Shown: positions 1-9,707 of the stretch, in pieces
How the letters are laid out: each line of letters begins with the position of its first letter
Numbering within the stretch: position 1 is the stretch's first letter
DNA from: Paludibacter sp.
Lineage (GTDB): Bacteria > Bacteroidota > Bacteroidia > Bacteroidales > Paludibacteraceae
Direction: 5' to 3'
Length of the DNA stretch: 56,188 nucleotides
NCBI GenBank assembly: GCA_020049515.1
Contig: JAIFKQ010000054.1
Location: 1 to 56,188, forward strand
Notes under the pieces: model-generated
Databases searched by the model: none
What the model was told of the DNA's origin: nothing
The model's input: the letters and a program-made list of their open reading frames with translations, nothing else
Translations under genes and position numbers: made by a program

Positions 1-2
1 TT

Positions 3-812
3 GGACGTGCAAAAGTGAGTGATAGACTCGTGGTTAGTGCCACTGAAAGTGCAATGAACCAGGCTACAAATACCAAACTGGTGGCGCAAATTTGGGGTTC
101 TAATCCAACCAAATTCTACGAAAGTGCCAAACTTATTTCCAAAATGGGAAATTTCGACGGCATAGATATAAATATGGGCTGCCCAGTAAAAAAAGTAGTG
201 AAGAACAAAAGTTGCTCGGCATTAATCAACTATCCCGAATTGGCCAAAGAGATTATTATTGCCACCAAAGAAGCCACACAGCTGCCTGTGAGTGTGAAGA
301 CGCGCATTGGGTTTAACGAAATTATAACCGAAAAATGGGTGGGGCAGTTGCTTGAAGTGAATCCTGCCGCCCTGACAATTCACGGACGTACGCAAAAAAT
401 GATGTCAACAGGACTGGCTTTGTGGGACGAAATAGCCAAAGTGGTGCAATTGCGCAATCAACTTGGAAGCTCCACCATAATTCTCGGAAATGGCGACGTA
501 AGTAGTTATGCCGATGCGCAAGAGAGAATAATTAAATACGGCGTAGATGGGGTAATGGTGGGCACTGGAATTTTTAAAAATCCATGGTTATTTAATTCTA
601 TTGATAAAGAAATTACGCAAGAGTTGCGCTTCGATTTACTCAAAAAACACATTGCGCTTTACGACAAAACATGGGATAACAAAAAGAATTTCAACATCTT
701 GAAACGTTATTTCAAAATCTATATTACTGGTTTTGAAGGTGCTGCCGAATGGCGTGATAAATTGATGCATACTAAAAGTTGTGTGGAAGCTTTGGAAATT
801 GTCAATTTCTAA
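3..812 (+). CDS. dus: tRNA-dihydrouridine synthase (Dus family), 5'-truncated by the window edge
   Basis: Motifs IDINMGCP, VSVKTRIG, LTIHGRT and GNGDV. The frame is open back to position 3. Confidence 0.93.
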   Translation, partial: GRAKVSDRLVVSATESAMNQATNTKLVAQIWGSNPTKFYESAKLISKMGNFDGIDINMGCPVKKVVKNKSCSALINYPELAKEIIIATKEATQLPVSVKTRIGFNEIITEKWVGQLLEVNPAALTIHGRTQKMMSTGLALWDEIAKVVQLRNQLGSSTIILGNGDVSSYADAQERIIKYGVDGVMVGTGIFKNPWLFNSIDKEITQELRFDLLKKHIALYDKTWDNKKNFNILKRYFKIYITGFEGAAEWRDKLMHTKSCVEALEIVNF

Positions 813-1029
813 GCAGCTAAAAGATTTCTAACTGCTAAATAACTGCATTTAAAATTGTATTGCCATTAACAAATTCAAAACTATACAAATTTAGAAAAGT
901 TAGGTTATGGAGCACTAAATTACAACCAATAATTATCATCAAAGTATTTCATTAATAGTTACTTATTGGCATTCTAGCTTTAAGAAAGTCAACTAATTTG
1001 CAATTCAAATCATTACTGCACGCACTTCA

Positions 1030-1791
1030 TTATTTATCTATACTATCTTTTTTTCTTGGCAGATATTCTGGTTTTATATTTTCCATTGCAGCCCAAATAC
1101 TTTGCCGCACAGTTGGATTCAATTTTTCTAATTCAGTCAATAGATTTTTGGCAGCACTACGCGTTGAGTCCTTTTCGTAAGGGCAGTTTTTTATCTGCTT
1201 CTGATAGCCACGAATATGCTCCATTTGTTTCATCTCATTTTCAGATATTAATGCCAATGGCCTTATAATGGTCATATCAAATTTATTCAATTTCAATTTA
1301 GGTGGCATAGTACCAAACGACCCCTGAAACACTAAATTAAGAAGAAGCGTTTCAGCCATATCGTCGAGATGATGACCTAATGCCAATTTATTGCATTTCA
1401 GCATTTTTGCTACAGAAAACAGCGCCTTACGCCTATGCCATGAACACAAAAAGCAAGTTGACTTTTTCGTTTTGATTGTTGCATCAAAATTTGTAATATG
1501 GTGTAAAAATGGGATATTCCATTTTCTGGCGTAAGCCTCCAAATAAGATAAATCTGATTTATAAGGGATATTTTCGACAGATATGTGAACAGCAGTCAAT
1601 TGAAACCGAGGTACATGAATTTTCATCTTTTCACCCAATAATTCCAAAAGTGCCAGCGAGTCTTTGCCACCCGAAAGACCTATCAGAATATGATCACCAT
1701 CTTCTATCAAACCATAGTCATCAATTGCTTTTTTAAATTTCAATTGTATTTTTTGAAGTGATTTATAATCAATTTTACTTAACTCGTCCAT
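1030..1791 (-). CDS. ttcA: tRNA 2-thiocytidine biosynthesis protein, TtcA family
   Basis: PP-loop SGGKDS, CFLC (CxxC), LALGHHLDD, IIRPL and a C-terminal CP. Confidence 0.88.
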   Translation of the reverse strand: MDELSKIDYKSLQKIQLKFKKAIDDYGLIEDGDHILIGLSGGKDSLALLELLGEKMKIHVPRFQLTAVHISVENIPYKSDLSYLEAYARKWNIPFLHHITNFDATIKTKKSTCFLCSWHRRKALFSVAKMLKCNKLALGHHLDDMAETLLLNLVFQGSFGTMPPKLKLNKFDMTIIRPLALISENEMKQMEHIRGYQKQIKNCPYEKDSTRSAAKNLLTELEKLNPTVRQSIWAAMENIKPEYLPRKKDSIDK

Positions 1792-1970
1792 AAATGATAT
1801 TTAATTTTGACGGTAAAATTAATACAAACTTCTCTATTTCCAACGTAATGCTATGAATACTCCTATTTTTAAATTTCCTATTTTTTCAGATAAGATTCTG
1901 GTAAAAAAACTATTAGTGACTACAAAGTAAAAAACAAGAAAATATTTAATATTTTTTTTGTTTGAATCAC

Positions 1971-2000
1971 TTGCGTATTCACCAAATTAAAGTACCTTTG
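1971..2000 (+). promoter_or_regulatory. Bacteroidota sigma70 promoter for the tRNA cluster
   Basis: TTG at 1971 and TACCTTTG (TAnnTTTG -7 box) at 1993-2000. A second TACCTTTG lies at 2070-2077. Confidence 0.7.
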
Positions 2001-2140
2001 CACCTCAATTGAAAAAAAAACTGTTTCCTAATTTCCGTCGATTAGTTTATTGAGTATCAAATTACACAATACCTTTGGGAATGATACAATTTTAGTTAGT
2101 AATAACAGGGAAAGTGTTTTCTGTCAAACAAATACAAAAT

Positions 2141-2216
<76 letters not shown>

Positions 2217-2230
2217 AGCAAGAATTTACA

Positions 2231-2262
2231 AAAAAAGCGAAACAATTTGGTTTCGCTTTTTT
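2231..2262. terminator. Terminator-like hairpin between the two tRNAs
   Basis: AAAAAAGCGAAAC-aatttg-GTTTCGCTTTTTT. Confidence 0.6.
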
Positions 2263-2285
2263 ATTTTGTTTTTATATTATCATTT

Positions 2286-2367
2286 GCCCAAATGGTGGAA
2301 TTGGTAGACACGCTAGTTTCAGGGACTAGTGGCTTCGGCTATCCGAGTTCGAGTCTCGGTTTGGGTA
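2286..2367 (+). tRNA. tRNA-Leu(CAG)
   Basis: GCCCAAA/TTTGGGT acceptor stem, D-loop TGGTGGAATTGGTAGACAC, anticodon arm CTAGT-TT-CAG-GG-ACTAG, long variable arm and GTTCGAGTC. CCA is not encoded. Confidence 0.95.
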
Positions 2368-2392
2368 CAACCTCAGTGAATCAGCTAGTTAT

Positions 2393-2427
2393 AGCGATTG
2401 TAAGTTAAATTACAGTCGCTTTTTTTT
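2393..2427 (+). terminator. Intrinsic terminator after tRNA-Leu
   Basis: AGCGATTGTAA-gttaaa-TTACAGTCGCT followed by a T run. Confidence 0.8.
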
Positions 2428-2467
2428 CAAAAAATAAATTCAACTATTACTTCACAAACCACATACA

Positions 2468-2836
2468 ATGAATGCTTTATACACTATTGTACTCCTAGTT
2501 TTATCAAATATATTTATGACATTTGCTTGGTATGGACACTTAAAACTACAACAAACAGGGCATATTAACAATCTACCATTATATGGTGTAGTTCTATTTT
2601 CTTGGGTAATAGCACTAGCAGAATACTCGTTTCAAGTTCCAGCAAACAGAATTGGGTTTATTGGTAATGGTGGCACCTTTACACTGATGCAGTTAAAGAT
2701 AATTCAAGAAGTAATTACGCTTGTTGTTTTCATGATATTTTCTTCGTTTATATTTAACTCTGGAGGTTTACAGTGGAATCATTTGGCTGCATTTGTATGT
2801 TTAGTACTAGCAGTTTATTTTGTATTTATGAAATAA
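2468..2836 (+). CDS. DMT-family small membrane protein (DUF486-like)
   Basis: SNIFMTFAWYGHLK and QVPANRIG...QLKIIQEVITL; about four hydrophobic segments. Confidence 0.88.
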   Translation: MNALYTIVLLVLSNIFMTFAWYGHLKLQQTGHINNLPLYGVVLFSWVIALAEYSFQVPANRIGFIGNGGTFTLMQLKIIQEVITLVVFMIFSSFIFNSGGLQWNHLAAFVCLVLAVYFVFMK

Positions 2837-2879
2837 AATCCTTACTATTCTAAACAAAGAGCTATAAGAAAGGTACTGT

Positions 2880-3836
2880 TTAAAATATTTTTCGATAGAT
2901 ATGACAATAAGGTGTGCCATGTTTTTTGTCGTAATAGGCTTGATGATAATCCTCTGCTGACCAAAATTTAGGCGCTTTTTGTAATTCAGTAGCTACTTTG
3001 AATCCTTTTTGGGTTAGAATGTCAATGTATTTCTGAGCAGTATTTTTTTGTTCCTCCGAGTTATAAAAAATAACCGATCGATATTGGTCACCAATATCTG
3101 GTCCCTGTCCTCCTTCTTGGGTAAAATCATGAGTTTCAAAAAACAACTTAACTAATTCATCAAAAGATGTTTTGGAACTATCAAATTTAACTTCAGTAGT
3201 TTCAGCATGTCCGGTTTCGCCGCTACAAACCTCACGATATGAAGGATTTGATGTTTTTCCACCCATGTATCCTACTGTAGTTTCAATCACACCTGCTGCT
3301 TTCATAAAGTGATATTCAGTTCCCCAAAAACAGCCAGATGCGAAATATGCAATTTCATTTACTTTTTCAGAAGCAGGAATAAATTTCATTGAAATTGAAT
3401 TAACACAATGACGTGTATTTTTCATGGTCATTCCTTCGCCAAAAAAAACATGACCTAGATGACCACCACAATTGCTACATGTAATCTCTGTTCTTCTCCC
3501 ATCAGCATCTGTATGACGGGTAATTGCACCCTTAATTTCATCATCAAAACTTGGCCACCCACAATGTGAATCGAATTTATCATCAGACTTATAGAGTGGT
3601 GCATCGCATTGCTTGCACACATAAATCCCTTTGGCTTTATTATCAACGTATATACCTGTAAATGGTCTTTCTGTACCTTTTCCTAAAATTACCGCCTCTT
3701 CTTGCGGTGTAAGTTCGTTATATTCCATTGTTTTATCTACGGTTTTAAGATTATTATTTTTATTGTTTTGCGTACACGCTGATTGAGATAGGGTCAATAA
3801 CACAAAAACAAATAATAATGTTATGTTAGATTTCAT
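2880..3836 (-). CDS. msrAB: Bifunctional methionine sulfoxide reductase MsrB-MsrA with export (probably lipoprotein) signal
   Basis: MsrB motifs GTERPF, CKQC, GWPSF, CSNC..HLGHVF and RHCVNS. MsrA motifs GCFWG, GHAE and AEDYHQ. Start placed at MKSNITLL. Confidence 0.93.
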   Translation of the reverse strand: MKSNITLLFVFVLLTLSQSACTQNNKNNNLKTVDKTMEYNELTPQEEAVILGKGTERPFTGIYVDNKAKGIYVCKQCDAPLYKSDDKFDSHCGWPSFDDEIKGAITRHTDADGRRTEITCSNCGGHLGHVFFGEGMTMKNTRHCVNSISMKFIPASEKVNEIAYFASGCFWGTEYHFMKAAGVIETTVGYMGGKTSNPSYREVCSGETGHAETTEVKFDSSKTSFDELVKLFFETHDFTQEGGQGPDIGDQYRSVIFYNSEEQKNTAQKYIDILTQKGFKVATELQKAPKFWSAEDYHQAYYDKKHGTPYCHIYRKIF

Positions 3837-4330
3837 TTTTCGATTTTGTAAATTAAACAGTTGAAAGTACAGTTTGTTCAAATCTTTATGTAACGATATA
3901 AGACAAATGAGATTAGTTAGCGTTTTGTCCTCTCACATTATCATTTTTTTGGGAACTTCAATTTCTATTTCTGCACTCGAAAGATGTAAAAAAATTGCAA
4001 AAAAAAATTAAAACCTGATTTACATAAGGCATTTATTGGTGGTAGGCATTTCCAAAATAAAGCTTTGAAAGTTATGCCAATAGCATTTCTCGTTTTTGAA
4101 TACATAATCGATTTGTAGCGCAATATGACCAATTTCATAAGTACTTGAAAACATTTTTTTTTACATTTGCTTATTTTCCGACTCCGATATTACTATATCT
4201 TTATCAACGAGGAAGATTCTATTTGATAACCTGAAGTAATTCACCTTACCAATAATATACTTGCATAGCAATGAATTTCCTCCGTTAATTTCACAGCAAT
4301 TACAGAAAATCAGTAATTGCTCGTCACACA

Positions 4331-4370
4331 AAAAAATGACCAACTAATTAAAAATAGCTGGTCATTTTTT
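4331..4370. terminator. Bidirectional terminator downstream of leuB
   Basis: AAAAAATGACCA...TGGTCATTTTTT inverted repeat. Confidence 0.7.
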
Positions 4371-4540
4371 ACAATTCAATTTTTGTATCAACACCCATAA
4401 GTATTTTATGAACGTAAATCAAATAAAATCAAATAAAATTAGGTGTTGTTTTAGCTGCTACCGATAAGTCAGTATGTTCGAGTTGCGTTTATAAGATTAT
4501 GCTCTTTTCATACAAAAAACGACTCATAAAAGCAGACTCA

Positions 4541-5650
4541 TCACTCCGATATATAATTAACAATCCATTCCCCTACTTCAGAAGTTGAATAAGCTTTTAC
4601 ATTATCTGCAATATCTTCGGTAACAACACCAGCTTCGATGCTTGCCGTTACAGCTTGCCGAATCAAGGCTCCCTCTTCCATCATACCAAAAGCATACTCG
4701 AAAAGCAATGCAGCAGAAAGGATTGTAGCCAACGGATTGGCAATATTTTTACCAGCAGCTTGAGGATATGAACCGTGAATAGGTTCGAAAACCGAAGTAT
4801 GAATACCTACGGATGCCGAAGGAAGCATACCCATCGAACCAGTTATAACAGAAGCTTCATCTGTAAGAATATCCCCAAAAAGATTTTCGGTTACCAACAC
4901 ATCAAAGCTTTTTGGCCATTGAATAATACGCATAGCTGCATTATCCACAAACATAAATTCTGTCTCAATATCAGGGTATTGAGGTGCAATTTCCTGACCA
5001 ATCTGACGCCATAAACGTGAGGTAGCTAGCACATTAGCTTTATCAACGATGGTTACTTTCTTGTTGCGCTGTCCTGCATATTTGTAGGCTAAATGTAAAA
5101 TACGCTCTACTTCTTCTCGCGTATAAACGCAAGTATCATAAGCAGTATTACCATCCTCGCTCCTACCCTGAGGACGTCCGAAATACATTCCACCAGTTAA
5201 TTCACGAATACACATAAAATCAGCTCCATCTACCAAATCGGCACGCAAAGGCGATTTGTGAATCAATGATGGAAAAGTGCTTACTGGACGAATGTTGGCA
5301 TACAAACCTAGGTCTTTACGCATTTTAAGCAAACCTTGCTCAGGACGAACTTTAGCACTAGGGTCATTGTCGTATTTTGGATGTCCAATTGCACCAAAAA
5401 GAACAGCATCTGACTTCATACACAAATCGTGAGTGGCTTTAGGGTAAGGCTCACCAACTTCGTCAATGGCACAAGCACCCACAATACCAAACTCATAAGT
5501 AAGTTCATGACCAAATTTTTCACAAATGGCTTTGGTTACATTTAACCCTTGTTCTATTATTTCAGGACCAATGCCATCACCTGGTAAAACGGCAATATTT
5601 ATCTTTTTTTGTTGTTGTATGCTTTGCGCATCTGCATGTTGAGTAGTCAT
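4541..5650 (-). CDS. leuB: 3-isopropylmalate dehydrogenase
   Basis: [35 protein letters not shown] and EPIHGS. Confidence 0.97.
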   Translation of the reverse strand: MTTQHADAQSIQQQKKINIAVLPGDGIGPEIIEQGLNVTKAICEKFGHELTYEFGIVGACAIDEVGEPYPKATHDLCMKSDAVLFGAIGHPKYDNDPSAKVRPEQGLLKMRKDLGLYANIRPVSTFPSLIHKSPLRADLVDGADFMCIRELTGGMYFGRPQGRSEDGNTAYDTCVYTREEVERILHLAYKYAGQRNKKVTIVDKANVLATSRLWRQIGQEIAPQYPDIETEFMFVDNAAMRIIQWPKSFDVLVTENLFGDILTDEASVITGSMGMLPSASVGIHTSVFEPIHGSYPQAAGKNIANPLATILSAALLFEYAFGMMEEGALIRQAVTASIEAGVVTEDIADNVKAYSTSEVGEWIVNYISE

Positions 5651-5741
5651 CTATTTATTTTTGAATTTTATAGTTTAATATTTGATTTATTCATTGAGTC
5701 AATATATCTTTGTAGTGGTAGCTCCATTCCCTATCAAGATT

Positions 5742-5915
5742 ATGTACTACAAATTGATTGTTATTGCTTCAGTTATGTCTGTCAGCACTGCAGTAATTTT
5801 AAATTCTATAAAAAAAGGAGAAAAATACACCAAATTAAAACAGATACTTACAATCCTTTTTTTATTGGTATTATTTGTTCTTATTGCATTTTTTGTTGAA
5901 TCAGAAAATTTATGA
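5742..5915 (+). CDS. Small two-TM membrane protein (57 aa), antisense within the leu operon
   Basis: MYYKLIVIASVMSVSTAVILNSIKKGEKYTKLKQILTILFLLVLFVLIAFFVESENL. Preceded by TATCTTTG at 5705-5712 and fills the cimA-leuB gap. Confidence 0.55.
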   Translation: MYYKLIVIASVMSVSTAVILNSIKKGEKYTKLKQILTILFLLVLFVLIAFFVESENL

Positions 5916-5925
5916 TTATAAATGC

Positions 5926-7431
5926 CTATTCAATAATATTTAGCATTTTTATAGTAGCCTTTATGGCTGCCACAGTCTGATCACTATCCAACCCCCTAGT
6001 TTTAAATACTTTGTCGTTAAATTTCCAAGTAATAATTGTTTGAACAAAAGCATCAGTCTTTCCTCCTGGAGGAATAACTACTACATAATCTAATAATTCT
6101 GGAGTTGGCTTATTTAATATTTTATAAACTTTCCACATGGCTTTTGAAATGGCATTATACTGACCATCGCCCGATGCAGACTGCTCATAAACAACATCCC
6201 GAATTTCCATTTTTATTGATGCCACTGGCCTTAATCCTGAAGATAGCGACAAAGAATAATTTAACAACTTAACAACTTGGTTATTCTCTACGTTTTTCAA
6301 AACATCAGAAACGATATATGGAAGTTCATCCATAGATACCATCTCCTTTTTATCTCCCAATTCAATAACCCTGGCTGTAACGCGCTGCATTTTCTCATCA
6401 TCAAGCTCAATGCCAAGTTTCTGCAAATTTTTCAATATATTTGCTTTACCAGATGTTTTCCCCAATGCATATTGGCGTTCGCGTCCAAATCTTTCAGGTA
6501 ATAAATCGTTGTAATAAAGATTTTTCTTATTGTCACCATCTGCGTGAATTCCAGCAACTTGTGTAAATACATTTTCACCAATCACTGGTTTATTGTGCGG
6601 AATACGTATGCCCGAGTAGGTTTCTACCACCTTACTCACAGCATTAATATTCTCCTCCTTGAGTTTTGTTTTTACTTTTAAATGATCATGAAGTAATGCC
6701 ACAACACTTGACAAAGGAGCATTGCCTGCACGCTCGCCCAGTCCATTTACAGTTACATGTAAGCCTTGTACACCAGCTTTTACTGCTTCAAAAACATTGG
6801 CAACAGCCAAATCATAATCGTTGTGAGCATGAAAATCGAAATGTAATTGAGGATAACGGGCAATCATTCTGGCACAAAAATCATAAGTCTCGGATGGATT
6901 TAAAATGCCCAATGTATCGGGAAGCATAAAACGTTTTATATGGGTATCTTTCAGTGAATCAACCATAAAGTAAACATAATCCTCCGATGTTCGCATACCG
7001 TTTGACCAATCTTCCAAGTAGATATTCACACTTATACCCATTTCGTGAGCTGTAGCCAATACTTGTTTGATGTCATCAATGTGTTTTTCGGGCGTTTTTT
7101 TCAGTTGATGTGTACAATGATTCAACGATCCTTTACACAAAAGATTGATAACCTTGCAGCCAGCCCCAGAAATCCAATCGAGCGATAAACGTCCATCAAC
7201 AAAACCGAGCACTTCAATTTTATCTATACACCCATTATTTTGAGCCCATTGAGTAACTTTTTTTACAGATGCAAATTCCCCGTCCGATACTCTAGCAGAA
7301 GCAATTTCTATTCTGTCAACGCACAAGTCCTCGAGAAGAAGTCGAGCCACACTCAACTTTTCCTCTGCCGCAAATGAAACGCCTGATGTTTGTTCTCCAT
7401 CCCGAAGGGTGGTATCCATTATTTCTATCAT
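5926..7431 (-). CDS. cimA: Citramalate synthase (LeuA paralog, Bacteroidota CimA type)
   Basis: [34 protein letters not shown] and a C-terminal regulatory domain. Second IPMS-family gene in the leu operon. Confidence 0.85.
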   Translation of the reverse strand: MIEIMDTTLRDGEQTSGVSFAAEEKLSVARLLLEDLCVDRIEIASARVSDGEFASVKKVTQWAQNNGCIDKIEVLGFVDGRLSLDWISGAGCKVINLLCKGSLNHCTHQLKKTPEKHIDDIKQVLATAHEMGISVNIYLEDWSNGMRTSEDYVYFMVDSLKDTHIKRFMLPDTLGILNPSETYDFCARMIARYPQLHFDFHAHNDYDLAVANVFEAVKAGVQGLHVTVNGLGERAGNAPLSSVVALLHDHLKVKTKLKEENINAVSKVVETYSGIRIPHNKPVIGENVFTQVAGIHADGDNKKNLYYNDLLPERFGRERQYALGKTSGKANILKNLQKLGIELDDEKMQRVTARVIELGDKKEMVSMDELPYIVSDVLKNVENNQVVKLLNYSLSLSSGLRPVASIKMEIRDVVYEQSASGDGQYNAISKAMWKVYKILNKPTPELLDYVVVIPPGGKTDAFVQTIITWKFNDKVFKTRGLDSDQTVAAIKATIKMLNIIE

Positions 7432-7450
7432 AGTACTAATACTTTTAATC

Positions 7451-7477
7451 TTTTGCAAAGTTTAAAACTTTGCAAAA
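7451..7477. repeat. REP-like palindrome between leuD and cimA
   Basis: TTTTGCAAAGTTT-A-AAACTTTGCAAAA, 13-bp perfect arms. Confidence 0.7.
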
Positions 7478-7492
7478 TAAATAAAGGCTAAA

Positions 7493-8080
7493 TCAATTTC
7501 TTGCAGCTTCGTAAGCTTCAATTTGAGTTCTTTTACTCAAAAGGTAATCAATATCATCAAGCCCATTAACCAAACATTCTTTCTTATAAGCATTTATTTC
7601 AAATGTTTCAGTTTTACCTGTTACATTACTTGTAATGCTTTGATCAAGCAAGTTTATTGTCAATGAAGTCTTAGGGTCGGCATTTACCGAAGCAAAAATC
7701 TCAGCTAAAAATTCGGCAGAAACCACTACTGGAAGTACACCATTATTTAAAGCATTATTTTGAAAAATATCTGCAAAAAAGCTAGATACTACCACTTTAA
7801 ATCCGTAACCATCAATAGCCCATGCAGCATGCTCCCGACTAGAACCTGATCCGAAATTTTTTCCAGCAACAAGAATAGAACCGCTAAAAGTCGGGTCATT
7901 CAATATGAAGTCGGCCTTTGGGCTTCCATCTTTATTGTAACGCCAATCGGCAAAAAGACTATCACCAAAACCACTTTTATCAGTTGCTTTCAGAAAGCGA
8001 GCTGGGATTATTTGGTCTGTATCCACATTCTCTATCGGAAGTGGAACAACTGTGGATGTTAATGTTATAAATTTTTCCAT
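7493..8080 (-). CDS. leuD: 3-isopropylmalate dehydratase small subunit
   Basis: [14 protein letters not shown] and [11 protein letters not shown]. Start at MEKF; the longer ORF-track start lies inside a repeat. Confidence 0.97.
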   Translation of the reverse strand: MEKFITLTSTVVPLPIENVDTDQIIPARFLKATDKSGFGDSLFADWRYNKDGSPKADFILNDPTFSGSILVAGKNFGSGSSREHAAWAIDGYGFKVVVSSFFADIFQNNALNNGVLPVVVSAEFLAEIFASVNADPKTSLTINLLDQSITSNVTGKTETFEINAYKKECLVNGLDDIDYLLSKRTQIEAYEAARN

Positions 8081-8087
8081 ATATGAA

Positions 8088-8209
8088 GCCCCCTCTAACT
8101 CCCCCAAAAGGGGAAGAACCGTGAGAAGTAACGGTTTGTATTATTTATAATTATTTTAACTATTATGAAATCGGTTCATTTCAAAGTCCCCTTTTGGGGT
8201 TTTAGGGGC
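8088..8209. repeat. Inverted REP-like doublet between leuC and leuD
   Basis: GCCCCCTCTAACTCCCCCAAAAGGGGAAG (8088-) and AAAGTCCCCTTTTGGGGTTTTAGGGGC (8183-8209). Confidence 0.8.
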
Positions 8210-9636
8210 TATCTTGGATCAGTGATACGACCAGTGACGGCAGCAGCTGCAGCAACTAGTGGACCAGCCAAAATGGTTCGAGCACCTGGACCTTGACGAC
8301 CTTCGAAGTTACGATTGGAAGTAGAAACTGCATATTTTCCAGCTGGTACTTTATCGTCGTTCATGGCCAAACAAGCCGAACAGCCTGGCTGACGTAATGC
8401 AAATCCTGCATCGGTAAGAATCTCTAACAAACCCTCTTCGCGTATTTGTTTTTCTACCATCCAGCTACCTGGAACCAACCAAGCAATAACATTATCAGCT
8501 TTCTTCTTTCCTTTCACGTAATCTGTAAAGACACGAAAATCTTCAATACGTCCATTGGTACAACTACCCAAAAACACATAATCAATGGCTTTTCCTTCAA
8601 GTTTTTCACCTGCATGGAAACCCATATATTCCAATGATTTTTGGAAAGAAATGCGCCCAGCTTCGTCTATTTCGTCTAAAGTTGGAATAGAATCTGTAAT
8701 TCCCATTCCCATTCCAGGATTTGTTCCGTAAGTGATACGAGGCTGAATATCAGCAGCATCATACACAAGTTCTTTATCAAAAGTAGCACCTTCGTCGGTT
8801 TTCAAGGTTTTCCAGTAAGCGAGTTTGGTATCCCATTCTTCGCCTTTTGGAGCATACTCACGACCATTTACATAATCGAAAGTGGTTTGGTCGGGAGCTA
8901 TCAAACCGCCACGAGCGCCCATTTCGATAGAAAGGTTACACACTGTCATCCGCTCTTCCATAGATAAATTGCGAATAGCTTCACCAGCATATTCCACAAA
9001 ATAACCCGTTGCGCCACCAGTTGTCAACTTAGAAATCATGTAAAGTGCTAAATCTTTTGCCAATACGCCTGCTCCAAATTTACCATTAAAAGTAATTCGC
9101 ATGGTTTTGGGGCGAGTTTGAAGTACACATTGCGTAGCCAACACCATTTCTACTTCGCTGGTTCCGATACCAAAAGCAATAGCACCAAAAGCACCGTGCG
9201 TAGAAGTATGACTATCACCACAAACAATGGTAGCACCTGGATGCGTAAAACCATTTTCAGGGCCAATGATATGAACCACACCATTTTTAGTATGACCTAA
9301 CGGAAAATACAATGGTAAATTGAACTCAGCAGCATTACGTGCAAATGTATCCAACTGATTACGCGAAATTGGGTCGCTAACAGGTTGCTCTTGATTGATA
9401 GTCGGCGTGTTATGGTCGGCTGTTAAAGTTGTTTTATCTGGACGAAAAACTTTCAATCCACGTTCACGAAGTCCATTAAAAGCCTGTGGACTAGTAACTT
9501 CGTGACAAAAATGACGGTCGATATATAACTGAGTAGGACCATTTTCAACTGAAGATACTACGTGAGCATCCCAGATTTTATCAAATAGGGTAGCCCCCTG
9601 TCCCCCAAAGGGGGAATTTTTAGTGTCTGTATTCAT
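8209..9636 (-). CDS. leuC: 3-isopropylmalate dehydratase large subunit
   Basis: [31 protein letters not shown] and [12 protein letters not shown]. Confidence 0.97.
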   Translation of the reverse strand: MNTDTKNSPFGGQGATLFDKIWDAHVVSSVENGPTQLYIDRHFCHEVTSPQAFNGLRERGLKVFRPDKTTLTADHNTPTINQEQPVSDPISRNQLDTFARNAAEFNLPLYFPLGHTKNGVVHIIGPENGFTHPGATIVCGDSHTSTHGAFGAIAFGIGTSEVEMVLATQCVLQTRPKTMRITFNGKFGAGVLAKDLALYMISKLTTGGATGYFVEYAGEAIRNLSMEERMTVCNLSIEMGARGGLIAPDQTTFDYVNGREYAPKGEEWDTKLAYWKTLKTDEGATFDKELVYDAADIQPRITYGTNPGMGMGITDSIPTLDEIDEAGRISFQKSLEYMGFHAGEKLEGKAIDYVFLGSCTNGRIEDFRVFTDYVKGKKKADNVIAWLVPGSWMVEKQIREEGLLEILTDAGFALRQPGCSACLAMNDDKVPAGKYAVSTSNRNFEGRQGPGARTILAGPLVAAAAAVTGRITDPR

Positions 9637-9706
9637 AATGTTTCTTGCTTTATTTTTTTTATTGTAGCACTACTCTTAAAGTCCCCCTTCGGGGGATTTA
9701 GGGGGC
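9593..9706. repeat. Inverted REP-like doublet spanning the leuC start codon
   Basis: GCCCCCTGTCCCCCAAAGGGGGAATTT (9593-9619) and AAAGTCCCCCTTCGGGGGATTTAGGGGGC (9678-9706). Confidence 0.8.
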
Positions 9707-9707
9707 T

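Noticed and set aside
2005-2125. Possible long hairpin RNA upstream of tRNA-Gly
   Set aside because: Only short, scattered complementarity (GTATCA/TGATAC); better explained as a tRNA leader with a second promoter.
2368-2470. Integrative element at the tRNA-Leu 3' end
   Set aside because: No integrase and no duplicated tRNA 3' end (att site) found in the window.
4161-4343. 60-aa ORF between msrAB and leuB (also the 67-aa ORF at 15046-15249)
   Set aside because: No recognisable motif or signal, weak start codons and AT-rich intergenic context.
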